Shown here: positions 49,357 to 61,639 of the stretch, piece by piece
Numbering within the stretch: the first letter of the stretch is position 1
How the letters are laid out: each line of letters opens with the position of its first letter
Origin: Lingula anatina
Taxonomy: Eukaryota > Animalia > Brachiopoda
Length of the DNA stretch: 64,000 nt
Reading direction: 5' to 3'
Assembly: GCA_051362555.1 (NCBI GenBank)
Contig: CM120649.1
Location: forward strand, 10,292,001-10,356,000
Made by a program: the position numbers and the translations under genes
Notes under the pieces: generated by a model
What the model saw: only the letters and a program-made list of their open reading frames with translations
Databases searched by the model: none
What the model was told of the DNA's origin: nothing

Positions 49357-50998
49357 GTGAAGGTATTGTTTTCTGATTTCATTGTTTGTTCTCTGTTGTC
49401 GCGACTCTGTGGTTGCGTGCGACGTTGTATATGTGCGCACGCTTGTTTTTACGTCGCTTATTCTTCTTTGTTACGCTAAAATGATACATACGTTACCGAT
49501 ACATACGTTACCATGAAGCGTGTAAATATTTATTCTATTTTCATTGGTTTTCTTTCGCTTTGTGGGCCAACACTTATGTCTTTTATTTGTGTTTCATTAA
49601 AATAGTGTTGGCGCACAAAAGGAGAGACAACCAATAAAAATAGAATAAAAAATATTTACACGCTTTATGGTAACGTATGTATCATTTTAACGTAACAAAG
49701 AAGAATGAGCGACGTAATAACATGCGTGCGCACATATACAACGTCGCACGCAACAACAGACTCGCGACAACAGAGAACAAACAATGAAATTAGAAAACAA
49801 TACCTTCACATTATTTGGTAACGTATGTATCGGTGACGTATGTATCATATAAAGAATTTCAACAAACGGTTTCAAGACAAGTAATCTTTACTTGCCCTGC
49901 TTTGCCTTCTTATTGTAATGTTGTATACCGTAAGAATAAGGCGTTTGCTCACAAAACGGACAACAAACAATTAAAAAATAAAAGTATTTACAAGCCACAT
50001 GGTAACTATTTTCATTGGTTGTCTTTCGTTTTGTACGCCAACACTTATGTCTTAATGTTACATAAAAATGAAAGAAAACGAGACAAATAAGATTTCTTGC
50101 CATCAACTATCTGTGAAAATTGTTCATATGATACATACGTTACCGATATATATATACATGGCCGAATAATATGAAGGTGTTGTTTTCTGATTCCATTGAT
50201 TGTTTTCTGTTGTCACGGCTTTGTTAGTGCGTGCGACTATGTACATGTATATGTGCGCACGTTTGTACGTCGTTCATTCTGTTTGTTACGTCAATATGAT
50301 ACATACGCTACCGATACATACGTTACTATGAAGCGTGTAAATATTTATTTATTCTATTTTCCTTGGTTTTCTTTCGTTTTGTGGGCCAGCACTTACGTCT
50401 TAATGCTACATTAAAATGAAAGAAAACGAGACAAATAAGATTTCTTGCCTTCAACTCTCTGTGAAAATTGTCCATTTGATTCATACGTTACCGATATATA
50501 TGTACGTGACCAAATGTCACGACTTTGTGATTGGGTGTGACTTTGTATATGTGCGCACTACGTTTTACGGCCTTCATTCTTATTTGTTACGTAAATATGA
50601 TACATATACGTTACCAAATAACGTGAAGGTATTGTTTTCTGATTTCATTGTTTGTTCTCTGTTGTCGCGACTCTGTGGTTGCGTGCGACGTTGTATATGT
50701 GCGCACGCTTGTTTTTACGTCGCTTATTCTTCTTTGTTACGTTAAAATGATACATACGTTACCATAAAGCGTGTAAATAGTTATTCTATTTTCATTGGTT
50801 TTCTTTCGCTTTGTGGGCCAACACTTATGTCTTTTATTTGTGTTTCATTAAAATAGTGTTGGCGCACAAAAGGAAAGACAACCAATGAAAATAGAATAAA
50901 AAATATTTACACGCTTTATGGTAACGTATGTATCATTTTAACGTAACAAAGAAGAATGAGCGACGTAATAACATGCGTGCGCACATATACAACGTCGC
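49357..50998. repeat. Complex direct and inverted repeat block built on atacatacgttacc motifs
   Basis: ~49357-49746 is duplicated near-identically at ~50621-50998. Each copy is a foldback, with diverged monomers between them. Confidence 0.85.
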
Positions 50999-51283
50999 TG
51001 ACTTGATATCTGTAAGATTCTGCAGGGAGAAATGGGAGACATGGCCTAGTTTTTTACCTCTCAAAAAGTTTGCAATAAACTTTGTCTTTCAGTGGTCCCC
51101 GATTCTTTAATATTACCAATGTTATCATTTTGAACCGCATAAAACACATTTGGAAGTAAAAGAATCATATTAGAAACTATCACTACACTTTCTCTTTATC
51201 ATTTTATTTTTATTCATCTTAGTGTTGCCACTGACATATCTACTAGTGCCACAATTTAGGGCTCATTCCCAATGAAACTATTG

Positions 51284-51460
51284 GTCTATGTAAGTCGATC
51301 CAACTCCACAGGGACTCTTGCTGAATGCAATTGGATTGGCTCGCCTCCTTGTTTATAACATGCTTGTTTTCCATTTTCTACTCAAAGCTAGGGGGTGGTA
51401 TGCTAATCTCTTAATCTGACTGCATTCAGCAAGAGTCCCCCCGAATTGATCTACCTAGAC
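51284..51460. mobile_element. Small foldback MITE, degraded
   Basis: gtcta..gatc..gggactcttgctgaatgca / tgcattcagcaagagtccc..gatc..tagac. Confidence 0.65.
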
Positions 51461-52260
51461 AGATAAAACACTGAATGCACTCTTATTTTTATTGGGACTG
51501 AGTTCTTTGACCTAAATATTCTTACACAGTCATATAAATAAAACAACAACAATAAATAATATTTAATATTTATTTATAATTAAAAGTTGGTTGGTACATT
51601 TATAATGTTGAAATGATAATTCTCAGAAAAACAAAGGTCAAATACATTTTCAAGAAGTGCATCAAAGTTGAAAGTTATGAATAAAGTTGATGAAATCATA
51701 TAATTATCTAAAATAATATAAGTATGATAAATAGTGACAAAAACTGCATTGTAGACTTTCAATTTAATTTTCAAAAACTTACAAAACTGTATTTGTAAAC
51801 ACCTGCACAGTACTTTTTAATTATATTTGTGCATTAAAAATTCCCCCGAGTAAATGTATATGTACTTTGTACATATTTCATAAGGAAAGAAAAGCCTGGA
51901 ATTCACTGCAAAGATACCTGTAGTTTGCAGCTTTTAAATGTTTTCTCTCTGATCACTGTATATCATGTCCACAGTGTGTTCAGTGATTTCTATATGAGAC
52001 TACAGACACATATACAACTATGATCCCCACTGCACTGATGAATAAAATAGTCACATCATATTACCTGGTTGGGGTTATGTGTGTAAATGAAATATGTTAA
52101 ATATGACAGTAAATGTAAAAGTAACTCTCAAGGGGTGAAAAACTGGAATATTTTTATTTATCAAGTATCCTTCATCAGTTTTGTATACATACCTGTTGTA
52201 AGCATAAGTTTTACCCCCTACCCAGGTTCTGTATGATATTATTTGTCAATGAGCACATTT

Positions 52261-52429
52261 AGAACAGCAGACTAACAGATCCCTGGATCAAACATGGCGA
52301 CCCACTAAATGCTAATGCTTGTTGCTTAATCCCCATTGGGAATCTATTCAGTGTCTAATCAGGAATTAAGTGACAAGCTTTTTGGAGGGTGGCCATGTTT
52401 GATCTGCAGATCTGTTAGTCTGCTGTTCT
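52261..52429. mobile_element. Small foldback MITE
   Basis: agaacagcagactaacagatc..gatcaaacatggc / gccatgtttgatc..gatctgttagtctgctgttct. Confidence 0.75.
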
Positions 52430-53920
52430 GGAGCAGCCAATGAGGCATGAGAGAGAAAATATAACAACAGCTACTGTATAGGAGTCTGATATACTTTCTT
52501 AGTATTTAATTTCCCTTTCTCAATTCTCTTTATCTATGCCTCTCTACAACTTCAACCCAGTTTCTCTTAAATAAAATTCTTTTAGGCCACCACAAGTCAA
52601 ACCACTAGTTATTATAAGTTACACTAAATTACACCAGGGTACATTTTGTTTCATATGTATCACTATATGTATATGTTTCATTGTACCATCATGTGCATGT
52701 GCCAATAAACCATTTTCAACCACAGGGGTTATGCATTACATGCACTAATGAGCTTATAATTAAATAAATAAACTTTCTTTGATTACAAACAGCTCCAGAA
52801 TTAACAGGTGGGAATTTACTAGGTACCAGTACTTATAACAGGCATTAACAATGTGATGATTCAGTCATCATTCTGACTTGCTTTATTCAGTACTAGTTTA
52901 TTGTCATTGCTATAGGCAAGCTAACTCAATAAATAACTTTGGATTTTTAAAATAAAAAATTGCCTTGTCTTTTGATTCAATTTCTTAAAAAAAAATTAAC
53001 AAAAATCACAAAGTAAGCAACAAAAGTAATAATAATATTTATCTTTTATAAAGACTACGATGAGATCACAACAGTAGTGTACATACTAGTATAAAAGCTT
53101 CAGTACACTTATTGCAAAAAGTTGTTTTCTTTATTTAAAGAAATAATAATAAAATGACATTCTGCATATTACTTACACAAAATTGCTGCAGACATCTTTT
53201 ATACTTAATTATCTTTGTGCAAACCATAAGATGAGCTCTAACATAAGACAAGACAGCAAAGCTGGCAAATTATACAGACACAAAACGCGGCAACAAAACA
53301 GTTTGATAGATTTTTTTTCTGTGATAGCAACAGACATATACAATTATAATACACAATATGTAAATATGAATATATAGGTCAAGGTTTATGGGTTTGGAAA
53401 TTCACCAGTTTTACAATTAGTTATAAAATAGCTTCTTTCAATACTTATAAAACTGTGCATGTGTATTTGTAAAAATAATCAAATCCTGCTCTTTTTAATT
53501 CAAGCAGCTATTTTACTAAATCAAGCCGATCTGCAAATTTGATGAAAAACACAATCATGGTTTGGTATCTATGGTAAGACAGTCACCAGAATACATGCAA
53601 AAAATAAAATAAATAAATAAATAATTAAATAAATAATGATTTTTTAAAAAAAATTTACTCAGTCAAAGTGGGGGGAGCATGTACCATGTTCAGATTGATC
53701 ACCAGTGGATGTCTGGGGATGGCTACAGGAACATGGACCCTATCTCTTGATGTCAGAGAGGAACAAGGCAGCAAAGCTGTCAAATGTACAGACAAAAAAA
53801 CAGAAAAAAAGATGCAAAATAGGTCATTATGTCAATTTTGATGCAATAATAAATGCTTATAATAGCACAGTCAGTCAACACTGATTTTTAATCATGCACA
53901 ACAGGTAACATGGTCAATAA

Positions 53921-54077
53921 CAGGAGCAGATTCTGAGATATTTTCTGACAGTATTCCTAAGTATCTTTGTTGATCCATCCTCCATTTTGATAGTCTTCCA
54001 ACAGAAATCCGTTAATATAAACTGTAAAATCTGACTGTCTTCCAGGAGACCCAGAAGATGGTCTTAATCCACCCTTT
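53921..54077. mobile_element. Older CAGGGGCGGAT-family MITE copy
   Basis: Homologous to 1770-1937 and flanked by caataa duplicates. The empty site is seen at ~22220 (ggtcaataaaatta). Confidence 0.8.
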
Positions 54078-56006
54078 CAATAAGATTACAATGTCAGGAC
54101 CATGAGAGTTAAAATTCACATGATGAAAGTCCCTATATATGAAAAATGATGACAGTGCATAAAATAATATTACATCGTGTTTAAAGACATAAATACCAAT
54201 ACAGCTGCTTATGTGGAAATACTGAAAATGTACACAGCCTCAGGTGGATGGGAGTTAAAAATCACATCTTAAAAATGCCAGTGTTGGAGAAAAAATTAAA
54301 TAGAAACAACAAAAATATAATTCTAATGAAGCTGTTATTCACTGCTTCCTTATTATGGACACTATGTTATCTAGCACAGAGCTTAACAGGGAAATATCAA
54401 CAAGTGTGCTTTATGAAATTTCAATTAATGGCTACTTAATTAGGTAAATGAGTTTATAGCACTGAAATTAGCCTTGTGAATACCCAAGGGGAATTAACAG
54501 ACTGACCACACAAATTTGTCTATCAAAGGTCTTCAGGCCCATAAGTCACACCTTAAGAAAAGCAGAAAACAATAATGCACAAAAACAGGAGACTGCCCAA
54601 TTCTGATGCAATAATACATCATGTTTAACTGCACAGTCAACATAAAATTTTAATTATGCACAACAGGTAACACTGATGAAAGTAAAAGCATAAGGCTCCA
54701 GGCCCATCAGAGTTCAAGTTTTCAATTAGAAAGTGCCAGAATGAGAAAAATGAAAATTTCACAAAAAATGCATAAATTTAATAAAAATGATGACCCAATT
54801 GACCTGGCTTTCTAATTTGAACTGCATGCCAATCCTAAAAATCGTACTTATAAGTTAAATATAATAATAAGTAACACAGTTTTCTTTTCATAATGTTTGC
54901 AGTAGCAGTGCAAAAAGATTATTGTCAATTTTGATGTAACATTACATAATAAATTATAGAATAATTATCACCAATTTTTGATTATTGACTATAAATAGCA
55001 TGGACATGTAGAAAATTTGATTACCATTAGGCTTCATGTCCATGGGAGCTCTGAGTCCCACAATGAATATGCCAAAAAGATAATGAATATTTCACTAAGT
55101 GTATAACTTCCAGAAAAAGAAGCCAATTAGACTGCTTTTCCAACTCGGGCTGCATTTTAGTCCTGTGTTTCTTTTTTGAAAGTTTGACAGTAATAAGTAA
55201 CACCGTTTTCCCATAATGGTCATCATGGCAGCAGCACCAAATATTGTGTTTTCTTCTATTTTGATGCAACATTACATAATGCTTAACAGCATAATGACCA
55301 TCAATTTTAAATGATAAAATATACGTGTCATGGATTTTCAGAAAATGTGACTAGCAAGGGTCTTCAAGCCCGTGGAGGTTCTAAGTCGCACCTTGAAAAT
55401 GTCAATAAGTGAAAAATTAAATTTTCACAAAAAACTGTTAAATTGCCAGAAAAATTTACCAAACAGACTGCATTGCCTACTGAGGCTGTATGTTAGACCC
55501 ATGTTTCTTTCTTGTAAGTTTGAGAACAGCAAGTGACATGTTTTCCCTTAAATGGTCATCATAGGAGCAGTGCCCTAAATAGGGGTTTCTTCAAATTTTG
55601 ATGCAACGTTACATAATGTTTAACAGCATAATAACCATCAAATGTTATTAATAAAATATTAGTAACATGGACATTCAGAAAACATGACAAGCAAAGGTCT
55701 TCAGGCCCATGGAACTTCAAAGTCACATCTTGAAAATGCCAAAATGTAAACAAGACAGCACTGTCCTGAAATGGGTTTATTTCCATTTTTAACACTTTTT
55801 AACATAAAACAAAATAAACATTTTACTGCCATTTTTATATGACCAACTAAGAAAATTGATGAGATGGGAAAAGTATCAATAGAACAGTGTTAAATGTCCA
55901 ATTTCCTCCATTCTGAGATTCTGAACATAGTGGATGATTGAATCTGACAAACTGCAATGATATGAGTTTATTTCCATTTTTGACACTTTATTACACAATA
56001 CACGAT

Positions 56007-57230
56007 AACAAGTTTACCATGTTTTTTTACATAATCAACTAACAATATTGTAAAGATGCAGGAAATATCAAACAAACACTTTTACGCATCTAATTAGTTC
56101 AATAATGAGACTGTTAACATGCCTAATAATTGAATCTGAGGAAATGTGAAAAAACAGTATAACTTCTAAAATAATGGCCCGATTATGCTGATTTTCGAAC
56201 TCAACCTGCATTTTAGTAAGATTGACCACTCCTGTGAATATAATGCCAATTGGCCAATCCGTTTTTCTTATATTGTGTTATCAGTGTTGCATTTATATTG
56301 AAAAAAGTGAAAAAACAGCATAAATTCCCTAAAAATGGCCCAATCATGCTGATTTTCGAACTTGACCTGCGTATTAAGAATTTTCATCAGTTCTGTAAGT
56401 TTCAAGCCAAAAGGTAAAATGGTTTTCCACTTACTGTGTTATCGGTGCTGCATATATGCTGAAAAAGTGAAAAAACAGCATAAATTCCCTAAAAATGGCC
56501 CAATCATGCCGATTTTCGAACTTGACCTGCATATTATGAATATTCATCAGTTCTTTAAGTTTCAAGTCAAAAGGTACAATGGTTTTCCACTTATCGTGTT
56601 ATCGGTGCTGCATATATGTTGAAAAAAGTGAAACAAGTTTACCATGTTTTTTACATAATCAACTAACAATGTTGTAAAGATGCAGGAAATATCAAACAAA
56701 CACTTTTAGGCATCTTATTAGTTAAATAATGAGACTGTTAACATGCCTAATAATTGAATCTGAGGAAATGTGAAAAAACAGTATAACTTCTTAAGTAATG
56801 GCCCGATTATGCTTATTTTCGAACTCGACCTGCGTTTTAGTAAGATTGACCACTCCTGTGAGTATAATAACAATTGGCCAATCCGTTTTTCTTATATTGT
56901 GTTATCAGTGTTGCATTTATATTGAAAATAGTGAAAAAACAGCATAAATTCCCTAAAAGTGACCCGATCATGCTGATTTTCGAACTTGACCTGCGTATTA
57001 TGAATATTCATCAGTTCTGTAAGTTTCAAGTCAAAAGGTAAAATGGTTTTCCACTTATTGTGTTATCGGTGCTGCATATATGCTGAAAAAAGTGAAAAAA
57101 CAGCATAAATTCCCTAAAAGTAACCCGATCATGCTGATTTACGAACTTGACCTGCGTATTATGAATATTCATCAGTTCTGCAAGTTTCAAGTCAAAAGGT
57201 AAAATGGTTTTCCACTTATCGTGTTATCGG
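56007..57230. repeat. 624-bp higher-order tandem duplication of spacer plus 160-bp monomers
   Basis: aacaagtttaccatgttttt at 56007 and 56631; monomer gaaaaaacagcataaattccc at ~56309, 56469, 56933 and 57094. Confidence 0.9.
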
Positions 57231-57599
57231 TAAAAGTGCACGGCGACGGCGACGGCGGCGGCGACGGCGACGACAGCGACGACGACGACAGACGCAGATG
57301 ATGGCTATATGTACAGACACATCTGTGTCTGTACATAAAAAGAAATGGTTGGAGCCTGGTACACAAACCTTGACAGCACTGAGACAAATCATCTCCAACA
57401 AAAGATTTCAGAAGGACATTATGTCAGGAACAAGTATTTTCCCCAAATAAAGGTAGGGAGATGATATTGTAACGATACCCCCTCCCCCCTCCGTTTGGTT
57501 TAAGATCCCCTTATTCCTTATGGCCTACTGCAGCTCACAACACAACAGCACCAGCGAAACCTCAAATCTACTGATGTTAGGTTGATAAATTGATTTACC

Positions 57600-57965
57600 A
57601 GTACACGCCATGATTTAGGAACCTCCGGGTTCACCTGCTTTACAAACCGATTATGTTTTGCAATTACATGAAAACTTGAGTAGTGTTTGGAAACGAGCAA
57701 GAGAGAAGCTCAAGAAGAGTGCTGTTGTACAGAGCCGTAACTATGACTCCCGAGTACATTGGCAAGCATACAAAGTAGCAGAAAAAGTATGGTACTTCGA
57801 TTTCAACAAGAAGAAGGGTGTGAGTCCAAAACTGCAGCCAAAATGGACTGGACCATACGAGGTGGTATATCGAATTTCAGACTTAGTATACAGGATAAAG
57901 CTTAGCGACAAGCATAAACCCAAAGTCGTGCACTACAATAATTTAAAGTTTTGTCACCAACTCCA
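57600..57965 (+). pseudogene. Gypsy integrase C-terminal GPY/F module
   Basis: YVLQLHENL..AREKLKKS..QSRNYD..KVWYF..KKGVSPKLQPKWTGPYEVV.RISDLVYRIK..KVVHYNNLK. Confidence 0.88.
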
Positions 57966-58161
57966 GAGTCCATGGGTCCAATCGACACTTGTAGAGTCTA
58001 GACTTAGAGACTTACCTGAGTCGTGCAACTTCATGTATTCTGGATTTTCTGCTTTCCATTGTTTGTTTGTTTCTAATATCCCCCCCCTTACATACCAGGA
58101 AATATGCTGGGTCAGCTTTCCAGTACCTCTCGCAGTAACCTACTCCTTTCCTTTCTTAGAC

Positions 58162-58593
58162 ATGCCAGGTTGCCTGTACTGTAGGAAAACATTCATTGAT
58201 AGAAGCAACCGGAAACAGCATGATAGGAGCTGTTTAAATTGCCACTGCGGGTTAAAATTTGTAGAAAACCATGTGTTGGCAGAGCATTATAAACGGAAGC
58301 ACGCTCTGAGGACGGAGGAGAAGAAGAGCCCGGCAGTCCTAGAGATCTTGGAGGAGCCCCCACTGCTGGTGGACGTAACACCTGGGGTGGAGGTGACCCT
58401 CACCCCATCCCCTTTCTCCAGCCCCAGGTCAACTGGAAGAAATTTGAAAGTAGGACCACCCCCTCAACAAGACAAACACCCAAGTTCGTCGGAGGAAGAG
58501 GAAGAGAAACAACCCAGTAAAGTGAGCCAAAGAAAAGTAAAGGAGGAAGATGGGGAGATAGATATGGTAGCCTTATTCCGAAGGGTCAAGTGA
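58162..58593 (+). CDS. Additional Gypsy 3' ORF: C2H2/C2HC zinc-finger-like protein with Pro/Ser/acidic tail (143 aa)
   Basis: MPGCLYCRKTFIDRSNRKQHDRSC-LNCHCGLKFVENHVLAEHYKRKH, preceded by the polypyrimidine/AG acceptor tactcctttcctttcttag. Confidence 0.55.
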   Translation: MPGCLYCRKTFIDRSNRKQHDRSCLNCHCGLKFVENHVLAEHYKRKHALRTEEKKSPAVLEILEEPPLLVDVTPGVEVTLTPSPFSSPRSTGRNLKVGPPPQQDKHPSSSEEEEEKQPSKVSQRKVKEEDGEIDMVALFRRVK

Positions 58594-59699
58594 CTGCATG
58601 AAAGAGAAGTCTGCTACCCAAATGGGAGAAGAGATATTGTTTGGAACTTTTACTTTTAATAGAAAAAGAAAAACAATAGAAAGAAAGATGAACAGTTTGA
58701 TGACTAAAAGAAGTGAAAAGCAAAAAGGTCAATGAAGTCTTGTTAAACTTGCAAAGAAGTCTTACTTTGATTCAGGAGAATCAAATTTAAAAGGTTGGGG
58801 GCAGTGTAACGCCATCCCCCCCTTTTCTGTTTGGATTCCAATACCACATTTCCACTTAATTTCTTTAGAAATTTACTGTCACAGTGGTAGGGTCAGTGGT
58901 TATGTTGTTTTTTTTAATAGACAACATCGGTCATTCCATGTTGTCATCTAATGACCACGGCATTCCAGTCATAGTTAAAGCATGTTGTCTTTTAGAGACA
59001 AAGTCAGTTAATCCATGTTGTCATCTAATGACCACATCATTTCAGTCATAATTAAGCTATGACGTTGCCTTTTAGGGACAACATTACGTTGTCTTCAGAG
59101 ACATCATCAGTCATTCCATGTTGTCATCTGGTGCAAGGGATTGCCACTGCATGGTCTGAAGTGCTGACAGAGATGATGGCCAAGTCCTTCCATGTGACTG
59201 GCATTACAGGACAGACAAAGACAGACAGACCTGCAGACATCACAGGTATGTTTGACATGATGATGACAATGGCAAGGACTTCCTAGGTTTTCACACAGTG
59301 GACCAACTGGACAAATCCATTTGCTTAACAATGACACAGCAATAAACTACTCCAATAAACTAAGTTTAAGATTAGATAATATCATATGTTAGATAATATA
59401 ATCTCTCATAATAAAATCTCTCTTGAAACAAGGTGCCTAGATGTTTATGCTTAAATTCAGAAATTCTGCTTAAATTCAGAAGTAGCTAAAGAGAAATTGA
59501 AACCTTGTCTTGACATGATATTTTGTAATAAAACGATGTTGACAAATACATTATAGTTTTTATTGATTTTGTAACATACCCCAGTAACATAAATTACCCT
59601 CCTTTGTCTATTGCGACCTCTGATAAGCAATCTTTTAAGATAAATATGAACTTCTGTTATAATATTAACATAATTTTTTTCAACATGTATTTATCTGCC

Positions 59700-61100
59700 A
59701 TGGTAAACATGCATGTTTTCATATCCATTCATTCATTTATCTGTGACACAACTGCATGCCCAGGCCTTCATTAAAAACATGAAGTCTTTCTCTGGGTATC
59801 ATGGCTGTGATAAATACACCCAACCAGGCAAATGGGTGGGGAAAATTACCTTCCCAGAGACAAATGCTCCAGTCAGGACTGACTCATCATTTGATGAAAT
59901 CAGAGATGAACATCATCATGGACCCACTGCACTGTATAAAGTGAATATTGGGATGGTCTCTTGTTTCACCCTAGACTACCATAAAGACAATTCTCGACCT
60001 TCTTTTCGGGTCAACAAAAGTCAACAAAACAAAATCGAGATGCACTAAAAAAAACATAATTATTTACCACCAGATATTGTCCTAGGAAGTAGTGATAAAT
60101 ATCGAGCAATATCAGAGGAACAAGGATAAATGCCGATAAGACTAAAAGCTAGAAAGTCAGATTTTTGAAATTTTCGTCACACCCAGAAGTTGGAGATGCG
60201 TAATTTTGAAAAAATCGTCAGATTAATGCAATTAAAAAAAATAATTAATTTTTCAAAAATTTTAAGGCTTTACCGTACATGCATGTAGTTTGTTTAGGGG
60301 TGGTGAAACATTTACTTCTAAGTTTCTTATGTGGATGAAAGGTCCCTTGAAATGAAGACTTGGAGGTGGCATTTTGAATGAAATATCAAGGTGTTTAGTT
60401 TTTTCTTAAACCAAATATATACAGTTGTACCATCTGAATTTTCCAGAAGGCCGAGACCTTTGTTTGAATTGCCTAATGGCAAGCTACAGAATTCCGCCAG
60501 TTTTTGTTATACACTGGGCCCGTTGCACTGTCTGAAATTCTAGACCCCAATTTATATCAACACTTTTTACTCTTATGTGTATCAATTTAATGCACATATT
60601 ACTAAAGAACACTTATGTAAACAGTACAATAATTATGCAAATGAGCTTCTTGTAGTTTTTGTACAGCAGCTTATGCAAATGCATGGACAAGAAATGGCAG
60701 TATACAATGTTCATGGGTTGACACATCTCTCATTGGATGCAAACAACTTTGGGAGCCTAGATAATATTTCAGCATTTCCTTTTGAAAATTATTTACAGAA
60801 ACTAAAACACATGGTGTGAAAACCCTCCTTCTCCATATCACAAGTTGTAAGAAGGCCGTCTGAAAATTATGTGTCAGAAGAAAAGCACCCTTCTAGTAAA
60901 TATCCAATTAATTTTGTCTAAAAGACATGCACAAGGCCCATTACCAGATTCTCTAAAATCAGGCCCACAGGTTAGCAAGGTGGAAACAGAAAAGTCCTTA
61001 AATGCTAATCACAGCCCTAAATGTGTTGGTAAATTACAGAATAGTGCTGTTTCTTATAAAGACCCAACTCTTTGTGAAAAACATCAGTAGCAAGGAAGCT
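59700..61100 (+). pseudogene. EnSpm/CACTA (CMC)-type transposase, degraded
   Basis: FICD..AFIK..GYHGCDK..G..FP..RTD..LDY|MHVVCLGV..PSEFSRRPR..WQATEFRQFLLYTGP..YNVHGLTHL..GSLDNISAFPFENYL. Contains frameshifts and stops. Confidence 0.88.
59979..60275. mobile_element. TA-TSD MITE (Tc1/mariner/pogo-like) inserted in the EnSpm transposase
   Basis: ta|ccataaagac ... ggctttaccg|ta; removing it restores cta gac tac atg cat = LDYMH. Confidence 0.7.
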
Positions 61101-61159
61101 CATAGTATTGGCTTTCAAACTTATCACTTAATTGATTTAAATATAATTATTTTAGAAAA

Positions 61160-61520
61160 ATGGCCTTTCTCCTGGTTGAGTTCATAGAAGATGTTGACAT
61201 TGCTATAGTGTCTCATAAGTGGATATCAGAGGATAGGAAATTTGCGTTCTGGCCTCCCTTTACAAGAGATAAGAGTGTGCAGACTGCCATAAAGTCCCAC
61301 CTAGTCCCAGACAAAGCCACATGGAAAAAGTATGCAGTGAGGATTGTTTATGAACAGGGTGAGCATTCTTTTCTATTATTAGTCATTTCATGTGTTTTTA
61401 GAACTAATGTGCATGCTACATGTATCACATGTTCTAGTCCAAAATGTGACATTTCAATGTCAATTCATTAATAACATTTTGCAGATGACTATGACAAAGT
61501 TAGAAGGAAACTGATTTAAA
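61160..61520 (+). pseudogene. EnSpm-associated accessory ORF N-terminus (two exons), truncated
   Basis: MAFLLVEF..AIVSHKWI..FWPP..P.K.TWKKY.VRI, intron gtgagc(61359)..tttgcag(61484), then DYDKVRRKL. Resembles the second protein (DUF4806-associated) of animal EnSpm elements. Confidence 0.65.
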
Positions 61521-61639
61521 AAGAGGTGCACCTTATGACCAACATATAAGCCAAAATCATCAGTATTCTGTGAATCATTGCCAGAAAAATAATAATTTAT
61601 CCAAGGTGTTGCAAGTGACCACCTCTGATGACACCTGAG

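Larger units (their letters stand above)
53770..57341 (+). mobile_element. HINE/Helentron-like element with satellite-like central array
   Basis: Old monomers at 53770-55750, homogeneous 160-161-bp monomers at 56140-57230, a (CGG/CGA)n microsatellite at 57240-57292, then the terminal hairpin tatgtacagacac-atct-gtgtctgtacata and an A-run. This is the layout described for mollusc Helentron-associated elements. Confidence 0.7.
57468..59589 (+). mobile_element. Ty3/Gypsy LTR retrotransposon remnant (large internal deletion)
   Basis: Short tgtaac-starting LTR-like stub at 57468, integrase C-terminus, polypurine tract aaaaggttgggggcag (58789-58804), then a 3' LTR starting tgtaac at 58805 with aataaa and a probable ..gtaaca end at 59589. 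No TSD seen. Confidence 0.8.

Noticed and set aside
57187-57401. Arg-rich protamine-like or Ser/Pro-rich ORFs
   Set aside because: Translations of the (CGG/CGA)n microsatellite at the HINE end.
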